Made by a program: the position numbers and the translations under genes. From assembly GCA_964412505.1 (NCBI GenBank), contig CAYPOM010000005.1:14411-78410 (forward strand): DNA of 64,000 bases, written 5' to 3'. This document shows positions 27,594-37,862 of this stretch, piece by piece. Numbering within the stretch: position 1 is the first letter of the stretch; every line of letters starts with the position of its first letter. The notes under the pieces are model-generated. The model saw only the letters and a list, made by a program, of their open reading frames with translations. It was not told the origin of the DNA and made no database searches. This stretch comes from an uncultured Alphaproteobacteria bacterium (GTDB lineage: Bacteria > Pseudomonadota > Alphaproteobacteria > UBA3830 > CAYLKK01).

Positions 27594-29845
27594 TTAGTTA
27601 TTTTAATAAGGTTAGCGCATTTGAAAATATGAAGAGCAAATACAGACAGAGTAAGCTGTCAAATTTATTTATAGTATTGGTAGTGTTTTTTTCTATTGCT
27701 TCTCTTCTTTACGCGTGTTTTACAATCGGAAGTGATAAGTCGAGTTATACTTCTCAAACAATTCTAAAGATATTGTACATAAATATTTTTTTCCTTCTGA
27801 TAGCTGCATATTCGATTGCATTAAAGCTACGTAATGTATTTAAAAAAAGACGAGAGAAAGGATCTAAATTACAGATCCGTTTGATAAATATTTTTTCTGT
27901 TGTATCTGCAATTCCTTCAATTTTGATGATTGTATTTGCAGCTTTATTTTTTCACAAAGGTATAGATTCGTGGTTTAACTCAAAAAATGAATCAGTTCTA
28001 TCCGAATCGTTAAATGTAGCAACAGCGTATTTGGAAGAAAATCGAAATATTGCCAAAGATGATGCTTTAGGTGTAGCAAGAGCGATAGAGATTGCTGTAT
28101 CTAGTTATACGTTTTCACAATTGAATGACGATGCTTTTTTGGGCAGTGTTTTAACTGATCTGATGGATGATCTGTTTGATATGAAAAATATCTATGGAGG
28201 TATATTAGCTGAATATCAAAAAAAAACTATTGCACGTTCCAAGAAAAGTTTTAGTCTAGATTTCATACCTATAAATGAATATGTTATAAGGTCGTGTATA
28301 GATAATAATATTGTAGAAATAAAGTCAAATACTCCGAATGAAATTATTTTAATTGTATCATTAACTATTCCATTTAGGGACAACATGTTCTTACTCGTAA
28401 AAAAGGAGATAGACAGCAATATTGTTATGCATGTAAAAAAAACGCATGAAGCTTTTTCAGATTATCAGAATTTCAAGAATAGTCGTTTTCAGTTAGAAAT
28501 AGCGTTTGTGATAATATTTGTGATTCTTGCTTTGTTAATTATTTTAATTTCTATAAATTTCGCAATAATATTTGCATCGCAATTCACTTCTCCAATTATA
28601 AATCTGATTAATGCATCGGAAAAAATTAAAAATGGCAATTTGTCAACAAGGGTAAAAATTGATAACAATATCTCTCAAGAAATCAAACTGCTCTCTATTA
28701 CCTTTAATGATATGGTTTCTACAATACAGCAGCAACAGTTAGAGCAGAAGAATACAAATGAGCAGTTAGATGAGAAAATTAATTTTATTAGTGGCATTTT
28801 AGCTGGAGTATCTTCTTCTGTTATAGGAATCGATAAATATTTTAAAGTTACAGTGTATAATGACAATGCTAAGGAGAAATTTGGGGATTTGTTAATTAAA
28901 GGGGCGGCAATTTTTAATATCTTGCCCCAAATATCAGATCCGATTTGTAAGGTAAGAAAAAATGAACAGATAGAACTACAAATTAAGTTTAGAAATAAGC
29001 TAGAGCAGATGCTATTTTTGGTTAAAATTGCTAAGATTGATGGGCATGAATCATTAGGTTACATCATCACTGTAGATGATGTAACTAGTCTTATGAATGC
29101 ACAGAAACAAGCAGCATGGGCTGATGTTGCTAGACGTGTGGCTCACGAAATTAAAAACCCACTTACTCCTATCCAATTGGCTGCAGAAAGGATTTATCGA
29201 AAATATTGTAAACAAATATCACAAGAGTGTGATACGTTTGCTAGTTTAACAAATAGTATTGTTCAACATGTCGGAGAAATAAAACGTTTAGTTAATGAGT
29301 TTAGCTTTTTTGCAAAGATGCCAGAACCTATATTAAAGAAAAATGATATACTTTCTATTCTGAAACAGTCTGTACTATTTATGAAAAATGCGAATGAACA
29401 CGTAGATTTTAAAATTTTTGTATCAACAGTAAATAGACAAATAGAAACACAAATATCACAAAAATCTGATGTAGATAGGTATGATATGCTAGTTGATGAG
29501 GGACTGATAAATCAAGTATTCATCAACATTCTAAAAAATTCTATTACAGCTATGAATGAGGCGAATATTTCAAAACAATTTTCGATTTATATTACATTAA
29601 AAGTTACTAATAAGTTCATAAAAATAATATTTGATGATAATGGTCCTGGATTTCCTGCAGATTCTATAGATAAACTGACTGATCCATATTTTACTTTGAC
29701 ATCTAAAGGAAGTGGGTTAGGGCTAGCGATTGTGAAAAAAATAGTGCAAGGGCATTCTGGCACTATATCTTTCGAAACAGGCGAATTAGGAGGAGCTAGA
29801 GTAATATTGTCTTTTCCTAACAATAGTGATATCCTCAATGTATGA
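27590..29845 (+). CDS. ntrY: Sensor histidine kinase NtrY
   Basis: It has multiple N-terminal TM segments, HAMP and PAS. The H-box VAHEIKNPLTPIQL, N-box NILKNSITAM, G1 DDNGPGF and G2 GSGLGLAIV are all present. The start overlaps the ligA stop (ATGA). Confidence 0.8.
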   Translation: MISYFNKVSAFENMKSKYRQSKLSNLFIVLVVFFSIASLLYACFTIGSDKSSYTSQTILKILYINIFFLLIAAYSIALKLRNVFKKRREKGSKLQIRLINIFSVVSAIPSILMIVFAALFFHKGIDSWFNSKNESVLSESLNVATAYLEENRNIAKDDALGVARAIEIAVSSYTFSQLNDDAFLGSVLTDLMDDLFDMKNIYGGILAEYQKKTIARSKKSFSLDFIPINEYVIRSCIDNNIVEIKSNTPNEIILIVSLTIPFRDNMFLLVKKEIDSNIVMHVKKTHEAFSDYQNFKNSRFQLEIAFVIIFVILALLIILISINFAIIFASQFTSPIINLINASEKIKNGNLSTRVKIDNNISQEIKLLSITFNDMVSTIQQQQLEQKNTNEQLDEKINFISGILAGVSSSVIGIDKYFKVTVYNDNAKEKFGDLLIKGAAIFNILPQISDPICKVRKNEQIELQIKFRNKLEQMLFLVKIAKIDGHESLGYIITVDDVTSLMNAQKQAAWADVARRVAHEIKNPLTPIQLAAERIYRKYCKQISQECDTFASLTNSIVQHVGEIKRLVNEFSFFAKMPEPILKKNDILSILKQSVLFMKNANEHVDFKIFVSTVNRQIETQISQKSDVDRYDMLVDEGLINQVFINILKNSITAMNEANISKQFSIYITLKVTNKFIKIIFDDNGPGFPADSIDKLTDPYFTLTSKGSGLGLAIVKKIVQGHSGTISFETGELGGARVILSFPNNSDILNV

Positions 29846-29865
29846 AAAATTAGAGTAATTCGGCA

Positions 29866-31209
29866 GTGCCCAAAACAATATTAGTCGTGGATGACGATTC
29901 AGAAATTAGAGCTGGAATAGCGGAAGTGCTAGAAGACGAAGGGTATATTGTTTTACAAGCAAAAGATCAAGATAGTTGCATATCTATTATAAAACGAAAG
30001 CCCCCATCTTTAATATTATTAGACCTTTGGTTAGGTCATGATGAAAATGCTGGAATCAGTATATTAGAAAAAATAAAGAAATTGAACAGTTATATTCCAG
30101 TAGTTATGATATCTGGACATGGTAACATTGATATCGCTGTTACGGCTATAAAGAAAGGTGCATATGATTTTATTGAAAAGCCTTTCCAGTTGGATAGACT
30201 ACTTCTTACTGTTAATAGGGCTATAGAATCTAGCGATTTATTAAAAGAAAATGTTTTGTTAAAAAACTCTAAGACTGTTTGCAGTGCAATTTTTGTCGGT
30301 TCTTCAAGCTATGCATCTCGACTTAATGGAGAAGTGTCAAGGGTCGCACAAGAAAATTCGAGAATTATGATTCTCGGTCCTAATGGTTGTATGCCTGAGT
30401 TCGTAGCATACACTATTCATTCTATGTCTAATCGCTCACGTATGCCTTTTGTTTCTGTAGATTGTTCTCATGATGAGAATGGAGAGCTTTGTAATCGATT
30501 ATTTGGTAAGTATGGACAAAGGTCTGAGCTTTCTAAAGCACATGGTGGAACTTTATTTCTAAATGAAGTATTGTCTATTTCTAAACAATGTCAAGAATAT
30601 TTATTGTCATATATGCAAACAGGAGGGGTAAATGGTGTAAAAATAAATGCAAGGATAATATGCTATTCATCGCAAAAGAGCAATAGTGAGATATTTAGTA
30701 AATTTAGTAGTGATTTATATGCGAGATTAAGTATTCATGAGATAGTTTTACCTACTATAAGTATGAGAGAGAACGATTTATCTAACATGTTAGATTATTA
30801 CCTAGAAAATTCTAATAATTTATTTGGATTGCCTACGAAGAAGCTATCTGATAATGCTAGAAAATTGTTAGTAAAATTTTCATGGCCAGGCGATATTAGC
30901 CAAATGAAAAACGTAGTCGAATTCCTTTTGTTGAATAGTAGTGGAGGTGTAATCGAAGTTAACGATCTTCCTGTAGAAATAACAGCTAGCAAAGATTTTC
31001 AAGAACAAATGAGCAATGGGCTTGCAATTGTAGATCTTCTTTCAATGCCTATAAAAGAAGCAAAGTATACATTCGAACGTGAATATGTGAAATTCCAAAT
31101 GTGGAGATTTAATGGCAATATTACACATGTTGCAAAACATGCAGGAATCGATAGGAGTTCTATGTACAAAAAAATGCAAAGTTTATCTATAGATACTAAA
31201 GAACAATGA
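29866..31209 (+). CDS. ntrX: Response regulator NtrX (receiver + degenerate AAA+ + Fis-type HTH)
   Basis: The receiver domain (VDDDSEIR...LLDLWL) is present, and it has a GTG start. The central domain has GPNGCMPE instead of GESGTGKE and FLNEV instead of FLDEI. The C-terminal HTH is GNITHVAKHAGIDRSSMYKKM. Confidence 0.75.
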   Translation: MPKTILVVDDDSEIRAGIAEVLEDEGYIVLQAKDQDSCISIIKRKPPSLILLDLWLGHDENAGISILEKIKKLNSYIPVVMISGHGNIDIAVTAIKKGAYDFIEKPFQLDRLLLTVNRAIESSDLLKENVLLKNSKTVCSAIFVGSSSYASRLNGEVSRVAQENSRIMILGPNGCMPEFVAYTIHSMSNRSRMPFVSVDCSHDENGELCNRLFGKYGQRSELSKAHGGTLFLNEVLSISKQCQEYLLSYMQTGGVNGVKINARIICYSSQKSNSEIFSKFSSDLYARLSIHEIVLPTISMRENDLSNMLDYYLENSNNLFGLPTKKLSDNARKLLVKFSWPGDISQMKNVVEFLLLNSSGGVIEVNDLPVEITASKDFQEQMSNGLAIVDLLSMPIKEAKYTFEREYVKFQMWRFNGNITHVAKHAGIDRSSMYKKMQSLSIDTKEQ

Positions 31210-32528
31210 AAATTATTGTCGTAGGAGCAAATGAGTACGGAATTAACATAATTTCTAGTTTGCTAAAGCTTCGTCACGAAGTAGTGTTAATCGAAAAATC
31301 AACAGAATATGCTTCATTTTTGATAAAAAACAGTGGACTTACAGTTATAAATGGTGATGCTAGATTGTTAGCTACTCTAAAAAAAGCTGATATAAAAACT
31401 GCAGATTGTGTTATTTCTTTGACAGCTGACGATTCATCAAATATAGTGATTTCAAAGATAGCTAATTGTTATTTTGGCGTTCAATCTACTATTGCTACAA
31501 TTTCAGAATTAGATTATACAGAGCAAAAAAATTTTAATATATTTTCTAAAAATAATTTTGCGATCACTAACATTATAGATGTAGATAAGCTATTATCTGA
31601 TGTTATACTGAGAACAATATTATCTCAGGGAACGAAAGATATTGCATATACTGAAAAAGTAATAGTTATAAGGACTGTTTGCAAACAGAAATCAATATTG
31701 GTCAATACGCCTATTAGCCATGTATCTTCATTGCTAGATTTTCAAATAAATGTTCTTGCTATAATACGTAATAATGTTTTACTCAATATTTCTCAATCAG
31801 ATATTATTCTGGCTAGCGATGAGGTAATTTTTTCAGTAGAAGAAAATAATTTGAGCCGAGCTTTGTATGCTTTTGGGCATCAGCAGTATGCATGTAAGAA
31901 TATAGTATTCATTTTAGAAAATTCGTGTGAACATAAAATAACTAATACATTTTTAAATAAATTACATGAATTGCAAGGCTATTATGAATCTAACATATCG
32001 GTTTCATTTATAAACAAAAATGATGTAGTTTTTAATGATTGGAATAAATTCGTTTCTATGTTTGGCAATGCAGATGCTGTTTGTATCTATACTGATGATA
32101 TTTGTTTCAATACTACTTTAGCCTGCACTGTGAGTAGTATAAATAAAAATATAAGAGTAGTTTCTATAAGTAAAAATGATATTGAAATGATAGATAATGT
32201 ATTCAATGAATGTAATTATATTCATTTAAATACATCTAATATTATTAAGCAATCTGTTCTATCGAATTTAAATGGTGTTTTTAAGGTAATATATGAATTG
32301 TATAATGATGCTGGTTATATTATCGAAGTTAAAGTCTCTGAAGATCATCAATGGATAGGAGCTACTGTAAAAAATTTCGCATATAAATTTGATATTATTC
32401 CAATAGCAATTAAAAGGAGTGATGATATACAAAAAATTGCTGAAGACAATGATATCATATTGATTGGAGATATAGTAAACATATTCGTTTCACAAAAAGG
32501 CTTGAAACGTTTATTAAAAATGCTATAA
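31206..32528 (+). CDS. trkA: TrkA-like potassium uptake protein (two RCK/NAD-binding-like halves)
   Basis: Its position downstream of ntrYX is conserved in alphaproteobacteria, and 440 aa with an MKIIVVGANEYG start is typical. The glycine motif is degenerate (GANEYG). Confidence 0.6.
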   Translation: MKIIVVGANEYGINIISSLLKLRHEVVLIEKSTEYASFLIKNSGLTVINGDARLLATLKKADIKTADCVISLTADDSSNIVISKIANCYFGVQSTIATISELDYTEQKNFNIFSKNNFAITNIIDVDKLLSDVILRTILSQGTKDIAYTEKVIVIRTVCKQKSILVNTPISHVSSLLDFQINVLAIIRNNVLLNISQSDIILASDEVIFSVEENNLSRALYAFGHQQYACKNIVFILENSCEHKITNTFLNKLHELQGYYESNISVSFINKNDVVFNDWNKFVSMFGNADAVCIYTDDICFNTTLACTVSSINKNIRVVSISKNDIEMIDNVFNECNYIHLNTSNIIKQSVLSNLNGVFKVIYELYNDAGYIIEVKVSEDHQWIGATVKNFAYKFDIIPIAIKRSDDIQKIAEDNDIILIGDIVNIFVSQKGLKRLLKML

Positions 32529-32695
32529 CTCCGTACAAACACAATTATTGTCTAGTGATTTTTCCTATATAGATTCATTGTTTAAGTAATGCTGGCTGCG
32601 AATTATTAATAATATCATATAAAATTCGATTTTTTATTTAGCAATCAATTTAGTATTTAACATTATTTTTGTTTTTAAGTGCTAATTTCTAAGTC

Positions 32696-33892
32696 ATGAG
32701 AACAGTAATTATAAAGTCATTTTTTTGTATATCGCTTCTTTGCTATTCTGTTTATAGCTATGGGGAAATAAATATTGATGAAAAAAACAAATTTAGTCAT
32801 GAGTCAGAGAATATAGTATCAAAACGAAATAATATTTTGAAATTTGTGTCAGAGTATGTGCCGCCAACTCCTTCTGAAAAACTACATGAAGTTGCTCTAG
32901 ATGAATATCCTGAAAGTGTAAACAATTTATACAAATACATAATTTATATTTTACAGTTAGAACAAGGATTTAATGATAACGAGATAACAGGTTTTCTAAA
33001 TAAATTTTCTCGTGCAATATTACCTGAAAAAATTGATGAAAACAGTGATGATGTTTCAATTAAGCTTGTTCAAGCCGCTTTAAATTTGAATGGATACATA
33101 TGTCCTATTGATGGTATTTGGAGCAAGGTTTTGAGTGATGCTCTCGCTGATTTCCAGCTATTTATGAGTATAAAACAATCTGGTGTTGCAGACAATGAAA
33201 CGCTTCAATCGTTATTTTCTTCTGGTGGTAATATCAACAAGAAAGTAATAGGTTGTGACTGTGCTCAACAACTTTCCCCAGGTGATATTAGCTTTTTAAA
33301 GTTGTATGGTTATAAGTATATTGGTAGATATTTGACTAGTAAAGAGAACGGTAGGCAAAAGCACATTACAAAAGAAGAGTTATATGCACTGCTAGATGCA
33401 GGCTTTCGAGTTATCCTATTCTTTCAAGAGGGAATGCATGATTTTGATCATTGTACGGCTGAACAAGGGATAATAGATGCGCAAAAAGCTGTTATCGCTG
33501 CACAAAAATTAGGCTTGAAAAGAGGGGCGGTTATTTATGGCGTTATAGATGATGACTTAGATCCGATAATAGTTTCTGGATATATTGAAAGTATGAGTAA
33601 CACATTACGGAAACATGGATATGATTTTGGAATATATGGTAGTCGGGCTATATGTAATTTTGCATATGAGCAAGGATTAGCATCTTTTAGCTATGTCGCA
33701 GGAATATCACATAATTATGCTGGCAATAAAGGCTATCAGATGCCAAAGAATTGGTCGTTTAATCAGGAAATTCAAATTGATGCAGGTACTATTAACAATC
33801 AAAGTCTATTCGATATAGATAATGTCATAGTATCAGGTATAGATCCAGGAATAACAGCGAAAGATATAGAATTTAGCACAATAACTCATTAA
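32696..33892 (+). CDS. Secreted peptidoglycan-binding protein with a DUF1906 (Rv2525c-like glycoside-hydrolase-like) domain
   Basis: It has a signal peptide and a PG_binding_1-like LVQAALNLNGYICPIDGIWSKVLSDALADFQLFMSIKQSGVADNETLQSL. A DUF1906-like region follows (ISFLKLYGYKYIGRYLTS...ITKEELYALLDAGFRVILFFQEG...GAVIYGVIDDD...GYDFGIYGS). Confidence 0.65.
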   Translation: MRTVIIKSFFCISLLCYSVYSYGEINIDEKNKFSHESENIVSKRNNILKFVSEYVPPTPSEKLHEVALDEYPESVNNLYKYIIYILQLEQGFNDNEITGFLNKFSRAILPEKIDENSDDVSIKLVQAALNLNGYICPIDGIWSKVLSDALADFQLFMSIKQSGVADNETLQSLFSSGGNINKKVIGCDCAQQLSPGDISFLKLYGYKYIGRYLTSKENGRQKHITKEELYALLDAGFRVILFFQEGMHDFDHCTAEQGIIDAQKAVIAAQKLGLKRGAVIYGVIDDDLDPIIVSGYIESMSNTLRKHGYDFGIYGSRAICNFAYEQGLASFSYVAGISHNYAGNKGYQMPKNWSFNQEIQIDAGTINNQSLFDIDNVIVSGIDPGITAKDIEFSTITH

Positions 33893-33953
33893 TTGATTTT
33901 ATTTTTGTCTGCGCAAATTAAGGGTTTGTTAATTTGAAGTATGTTATAACTTA

Positions 33954-35225
33954 ATGATTTTTATTAACATGGAGGATAGTGTGCGAAATATATTTTGTTT
34001 TGTTATAGCTTGTATTGCTTGTTGCCAATCTTATAGTATGCGGCACCAAGAGGAAGGAACGCTTGAAAAGAGTATAAGAATGGCCGAGGTATCGCAAATT
34101 CTTGACCATAATAGTCATTTACAGCATGAAGAGAAAGACTCTGTTGAACAAAGTATAGCGATTGATATAAATACTCCAGAATATATTGTTAATGAATTAA
34201 CAAATATGGGGATGCCATGCACTATGCGTTTATATAATGAATTTGGACGACATTTTAGATCTTTGACATCTACTTTTTTTTCCAAAGTTGAAAAAATAGA
34301 CCATGATACTCTTAACTTGATGTTAGTCGTTGCTGATCATACTTATAATAAAGATCAAATTATAGGGAGTAGCTCAGCATTTCAGTCTTCTTTCGGGGCA
34401 AAATTTTGGAAAATAGCAGATAAACTTTCCAAATATGCCAATAAAACTGGGTTACTAACAACAAGCTTTGTTTCAACATTATATTTAGCATTTGGAGGGA
34501 AATGTACGTTTAAACCTGATAATGCTGAGTGCAAATATAATGGATTAGATTTAAGTGATGCAGTTAACGGTATAACTTTTTATGATGTTAGTAAATATTT
34601 AGGACCTGCAGCTGTTTTTCTATACAACCTTTCTGACAACATATGTGTAAAAATCATGAACTATTCATCTGCAAAAAAAAATATGTATAAATCGTTGGAT
34701 TTAGGTGCGGATTATTTTTACTTTATTAAAGATTTTGCAAATGATGGAGGTACAGTTGATATGTTACCAGTTCAATACAGATATGGTACTATTGACTATA
34801 CCAATATTCCTCAGTCATTTTTTAATGAGTACGGGCCTTTCTTTACAAAAGCTACAAGAAATTTACTGAGAAGCGACATTGATGAAATATCCAATGATAC
34901 TAGGACTGCTGAATATGTAAAAAAAGCACACGAGGATAATATTTTAGAGAAAACATATAAAAAAATAGATACGTATCAATGGGTTTCTGGCGTATTAAAT
35001 CCATTATCAGGTTTGTGTTCTTTGTTAGCATCGACTGCGTTAATATTACATACTTGCGTAGATGATGAGAATACAAAATGGTTCTCCCAACTTTGTTCTG
35101 TAGTTTTATTACCATTGTCGTATATACTCGATTTTGCTGCTAAAAAAATTAACGCAGAATTAAACAAAGAGACGAAGAATTACATGTTATATGCATATTA
35201 CCAACATACAGGTGATGATGATTAA
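33954..35225 (+). CDS. Hypothetical exported/membrane protein (orphan)
   Basis: 423-aa ORF with a hydrophobic Cys-rich N-terminus (IFCFVIACIACCQS) and hydrophobic C-terminal segments. I recognise no motif. Confidence 0.5.
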   Translation: MIFINMEDSVRNIFCFVIACIACCQSYSMRHQEEGTLEKSIRMAEVSQILDHNSHLQHEEKDSVEQSIAIDINTPEYIVNELTNMGMPCTMRLYNEFGRHFRSLTSTFFSKVEKIDHDTLNLMLVVADHTYNKDQIIGSSSAFQSSFGAKFWKIADKLSKYANKTGLLTTSFVSTLYLAFGGKCTFKPDNAECKYNGLDLSDAVNGITFYDVSKYLGPAAVFLYNLSDNICVKIMNYSSAKKNMYKSLDLGADYFYFIKDFANDGGTVDMLPVQYRYGTIDYTNIPQSFFNEYGPFFTKATRNLLRSDIDEISNDTRTAEYVKKAHEDNILEKTYKKIDTYQWVSGVLNPLSGLCSLLASTALILHTCVDDENTKWFSQLCSVVLLPLSYILDFAAKKINAELNKETKNYMLYAYYQHTGDDD

Positions 35226-35356
35226 TGTAAAATATGAGATGTGCAAATAGGTATATTTTTATTAAATTTCCTTATTTTGTTCATGTTGCTAAGATGCAAT
35301 GTTAATCTTATGTAATAGGTATATATACTGATATAATTTATTTTAGGAGTGTAAAT

Positions 35357-35791
35357 ATGAATGAATATATAAAAAGCTTAGAAATATTATTAGCTGATAC
35401 ATATGCTTTATTTTTAAAAACACAAAATTATCACTGGAACGTTGAATGTAGAGAATTTAAATCATTACATGAACTATTTGAGGCACAGTATGATGATTTA
35501 TATAAAGCTATCGATGTTTTAGCTGAATTGATTCGCGAATTAGATGTAAGGACTATAGGTACGTTCGCTGATTTTTCCAGTAGGACAACAATAAAAGACG
35601 GTGATAGAAATGCTGATGTGACCAAAATGCTTTCTGATCTTTACTCTGACCAATGCACAATAGAAAAGACTCTGAAAGATGTGTTGGATCAAGCAGAAAA
35701 TCATAAAGATGAAGTTGTGATTGGGTTTATCGTAGACAGATTAAACGTTCATCGTAAAAATAAGTGGATGTTAAAAAGTTCAATGAGATAG
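35357..35791 (+). CDS. dps: Dps family DNA-protection/ferritin-like protein
   Basis: LADTYALFLKTQNYHWNVECREFKSLHELFEAQYDDL is the typical Dps ferroxidase-site region, and the protein is 144 aa. Confidence 0.8.
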   Translation: MNEYIKSLEILLADTYALFLKTQNYHWNVECREFKSLHELFEAQYDDLYKAIDVLAELIRELDVRTIGTFADFSSRTTIKDGDRNADVTKMLSDLYSDQCTIEKTLKDVLDQAENHKDEVVIGFIVDRLNVHRKNKWMLKSSMR

Positions 35792-35974
35792 ATTAAGTAT
35801 ATTTATATACTAATTGATAAGTCGAAAAGATGATTAATGATGTAGTTTGTCTGAAATATATTTTAGATTATTAACAAAATATATCAATGAAAATTGTTTA
35901 CTGTTTATCTACTTTAATCGTTAGTTCGGCTTATGTTTTTAATCTGCGCAACCTGTGAATTGTCGTATTGCCCA

Positions 35975-36003
35975 TTGATTATTGCCTCTTTTCTTTATAT
36001 AAT
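35975..36003 (+). promoter_or_regulatory. Candidate sigma70-type promoter for tlc
   Basis: TTGATT (35975-35980), N17, then TATAAT (35998-36003), about 60 nt upstream of the tlc ATG. A chance match in AT-rich DNA is possible. Confidence 0.35.
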
Positions 36004-36017
36004 TCCGAGTATGTTTT

Positions 36018-36051
36018 AATCGTACGTGTTGTGTGTACGATTTTATTTTTT
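36018..36051 (+). promoter_or_regulatory. Terminator-like stem-loop plus U-run in the tlc 5-prime leader (possible attenuator)
   Basis: AATCGTAC (36018-36025) pairs with GTACGATT (36035-36042) across a 9-nt loop. TTATTTTTT follows, then GGAGA (36052-36056) and the ATG at 36063. Confidence 0.4.
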
Positions 36052-36062
36052 GGAGAACTCAA

Positions 36063-37529
36063 ATGGAACAACAATCTAAAGAATTTTCCGGGATGAGAGC
36101 TGTTCTTTGGCCTATCCATTCTTATGAATTGAAGAAATTTTTGCCTATGGCAATAATGATGATGGGAATTCTTTTTAATTATAGTATTCTTCGAGGCTTG
36201 AAGGATGCATTAGTAGTAAATAACTTAGGTACAGAGATGATCCCAACATTGAAGCTTTGGTTCGTCTTGCCTAGCGCTGTGTTATTTATGGTTTTGTATT
36301 CAAAATTATCCAACTTACTTTCTAGGGATGGTGTGTTTTATACAATTGTTACAATATTTGTAACTTACTTTGCTGCAGTTGGATTAATTTTTAAATTTTC
36401 TAACCCAGAAAGTTTCCATACTCATTTTACATGTGACTATTCCGGGTTGCAAATAATATTAAACGCTATTGGTTCTTGGATCTATTCATCTTTCTACATA
36501 ATGTCTGAGTTGTGGGGAAGTGCTATGATTAGCTTGATGTTTTGGAAATTCGCAAACGATGTAACATCAGTGAAAGAATCTAAAAGATTTTACTCTATGT
36601 TTGGTTTTGTCGCGAATGGCGCGCTGATCGTTTCTGGCATAGTTTTAAAGAGTGCAAAATCTGCAAATGACTCTACAGGTGGTGGTTGGGATGCTCTACC
36701 ATGGATTGTTTCAACTGTTGTAGTAACAGGGCTTGTTATAATGGCAATTTACTGGTGGTTAAATAACAAAGTTTTGACTGATCCAAGATTCTTCAATAAG
36801 GATGATATTAAGCCTAAGAAGAAGAAAGAGAAATTAAGCATATCAGATAGTTTGAAATATATATTCAGGTCTAAATACCTTGGTTTTATCGCTCTATTAG
36901 TTATATGCTATGGTATAAGCATAAACTTAGTAGAAGTAATGTGGAAAGATCAAGTTAAAATGATGTTTGGCGGTTCGAAAGATGGGTTTGCTAACTTCAT
37001 GGGCGGATTACAGATATATACAGGAATATTCACAATTATATGTATGTTAGTTGGTGCAAATATCTTAAGAAAATGCTCATGGTTCACTGGTGCTATAATA
37101 ACTCCAGTAATGATATTTGTTACAGGATTAATTTTCTTTGGGTTTATAATCTTTAGAGATGCATTGAATGAATATATTATGCCTATTGGAATTGCATCTG
37201 TTGTAGTAACGTCATGGGTTGGATTAGCCCAAAACGTGTTAGCCAAGGGAACAAAATATTCGCTTTTTGATCCAACAAAAGAAATGACATATATTCCATT
37301 AGACGATGAATTGAAATCAAAAGGTAAAGCAGCTGTAGATGTTGTCGGTGGAAGATTAGGAAAATCTGGTGGTGCTGCTATAAATTGGCTTTTGTTAACT
37401 GCGACTGGAGCACAATTAGTCGACTTGTCTGTTGCAATTACGGTAATATTTATTGTTATTAGCTTAGTTTGGTTTACATCTGTAAAAGGTTTGAATAAAC
37501 AATTCTTGGCTATAACGCGAACAAAATAG
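36063..37529 (+). CDS. tlc: ATP/ADP translocase (nucleotide transporter, Tlc/NTT family)
   Basis: The N-terminal LWPIHSYELKKFLPMAIMMMGILFNYSILRGLKDALVV is characteristic of the Rickettsia/Chlamydia Tlc family. About 12 TM segments are apparent. The ATG at 36063 with a GGAGA RBS is preferred over the GTG at 36033, which lies inside the hairpin. Confidence 0.85.
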   Translation: MEQQSKEFSGMRAVLWPIHSYELKKFLPMAIMMMGILFNYSILRGLKDALVVNNLGTEMIPTLKLWFVLPSAVLFMVLYSKLSNLLSRDGVFYTIVTIFVTYFAAVGLIFKFSNPESFHTHFTCDYSGLQIILNAIGSWIYSSFYIMSELWGSAMISLMFWKFANDVTSVKESKRFYSMFGFVANGALIVSGIVLKSAKSANDSTGGGWDALPWIVSTVVVTGLVIMAIYWWLNNKVLTDPRFFNKDDIKPKKKKEKLSISDSLKYIFRSKYLGFIALLVICYGISINLVEVMWKDQVKMMFGGSKDGFANFMGGLQIYTGIFTIICMLVGANILRKCSWFTGAIITPVMIFVTGLIFFGFIIFRDALNEYIMPIGIASVVVTSWVGLAQNVLAKGTKYSLFDPTKEMTYIPLDDELKSKGKAAVDVVGGRLGKSGGAAINWLLLTATGAQLVDLSVAITVIFIVISLVWFTSVKGLNKQFLAITRTK

Positions 37530-37573
37530 AAGCTTGTTATACGCTTGCTTCCTATGGATTAACGTTATATTGG

Positions 37574-37602
37574 CTGCAGACAGTTTATGTCTGCAGTTTT
37601 TT
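37574..37602 (+). terminator. Rho-independent terminator of tlc
   Basis: CTGCAGACA / TGTCTGCAG forms a 9-bp stem with a 5-nt loop and is followed by TTTTTT. It lies 45 nt after the tlc stop. Confidence 0.8.
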
Positions 37603-37862
37603 CGTTTACTGACTCAGAGAAAAATATGTTTTCTCTATTATTTACATAAAGAGTATTAGATGAAAGTTAAGTTATAGAAGTAAGTTTTAAGTATTGTTTT
37701 TAAATATGTTTTTATCTGCGGACTATTATTTTCAATATTTCATTAAAATTCTGTTTTTAGTAAGAATTGTTTCATTAAACTACGCATAATATTTGCTTTT
37801 ACAAAACAAGATACTATTAATTATTTTTTTCATTGAAGGTTTATACAATCACTTTAATATTC

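Noticed and set aside
36033-36062. GTG start for tlc given by the ORF track
   Set aside because: The GTG lies inside the leader hairpin and has no RBS. The ATG at 36063 follows GGAGA at the right spacing and gives the family-typical N-terminus.
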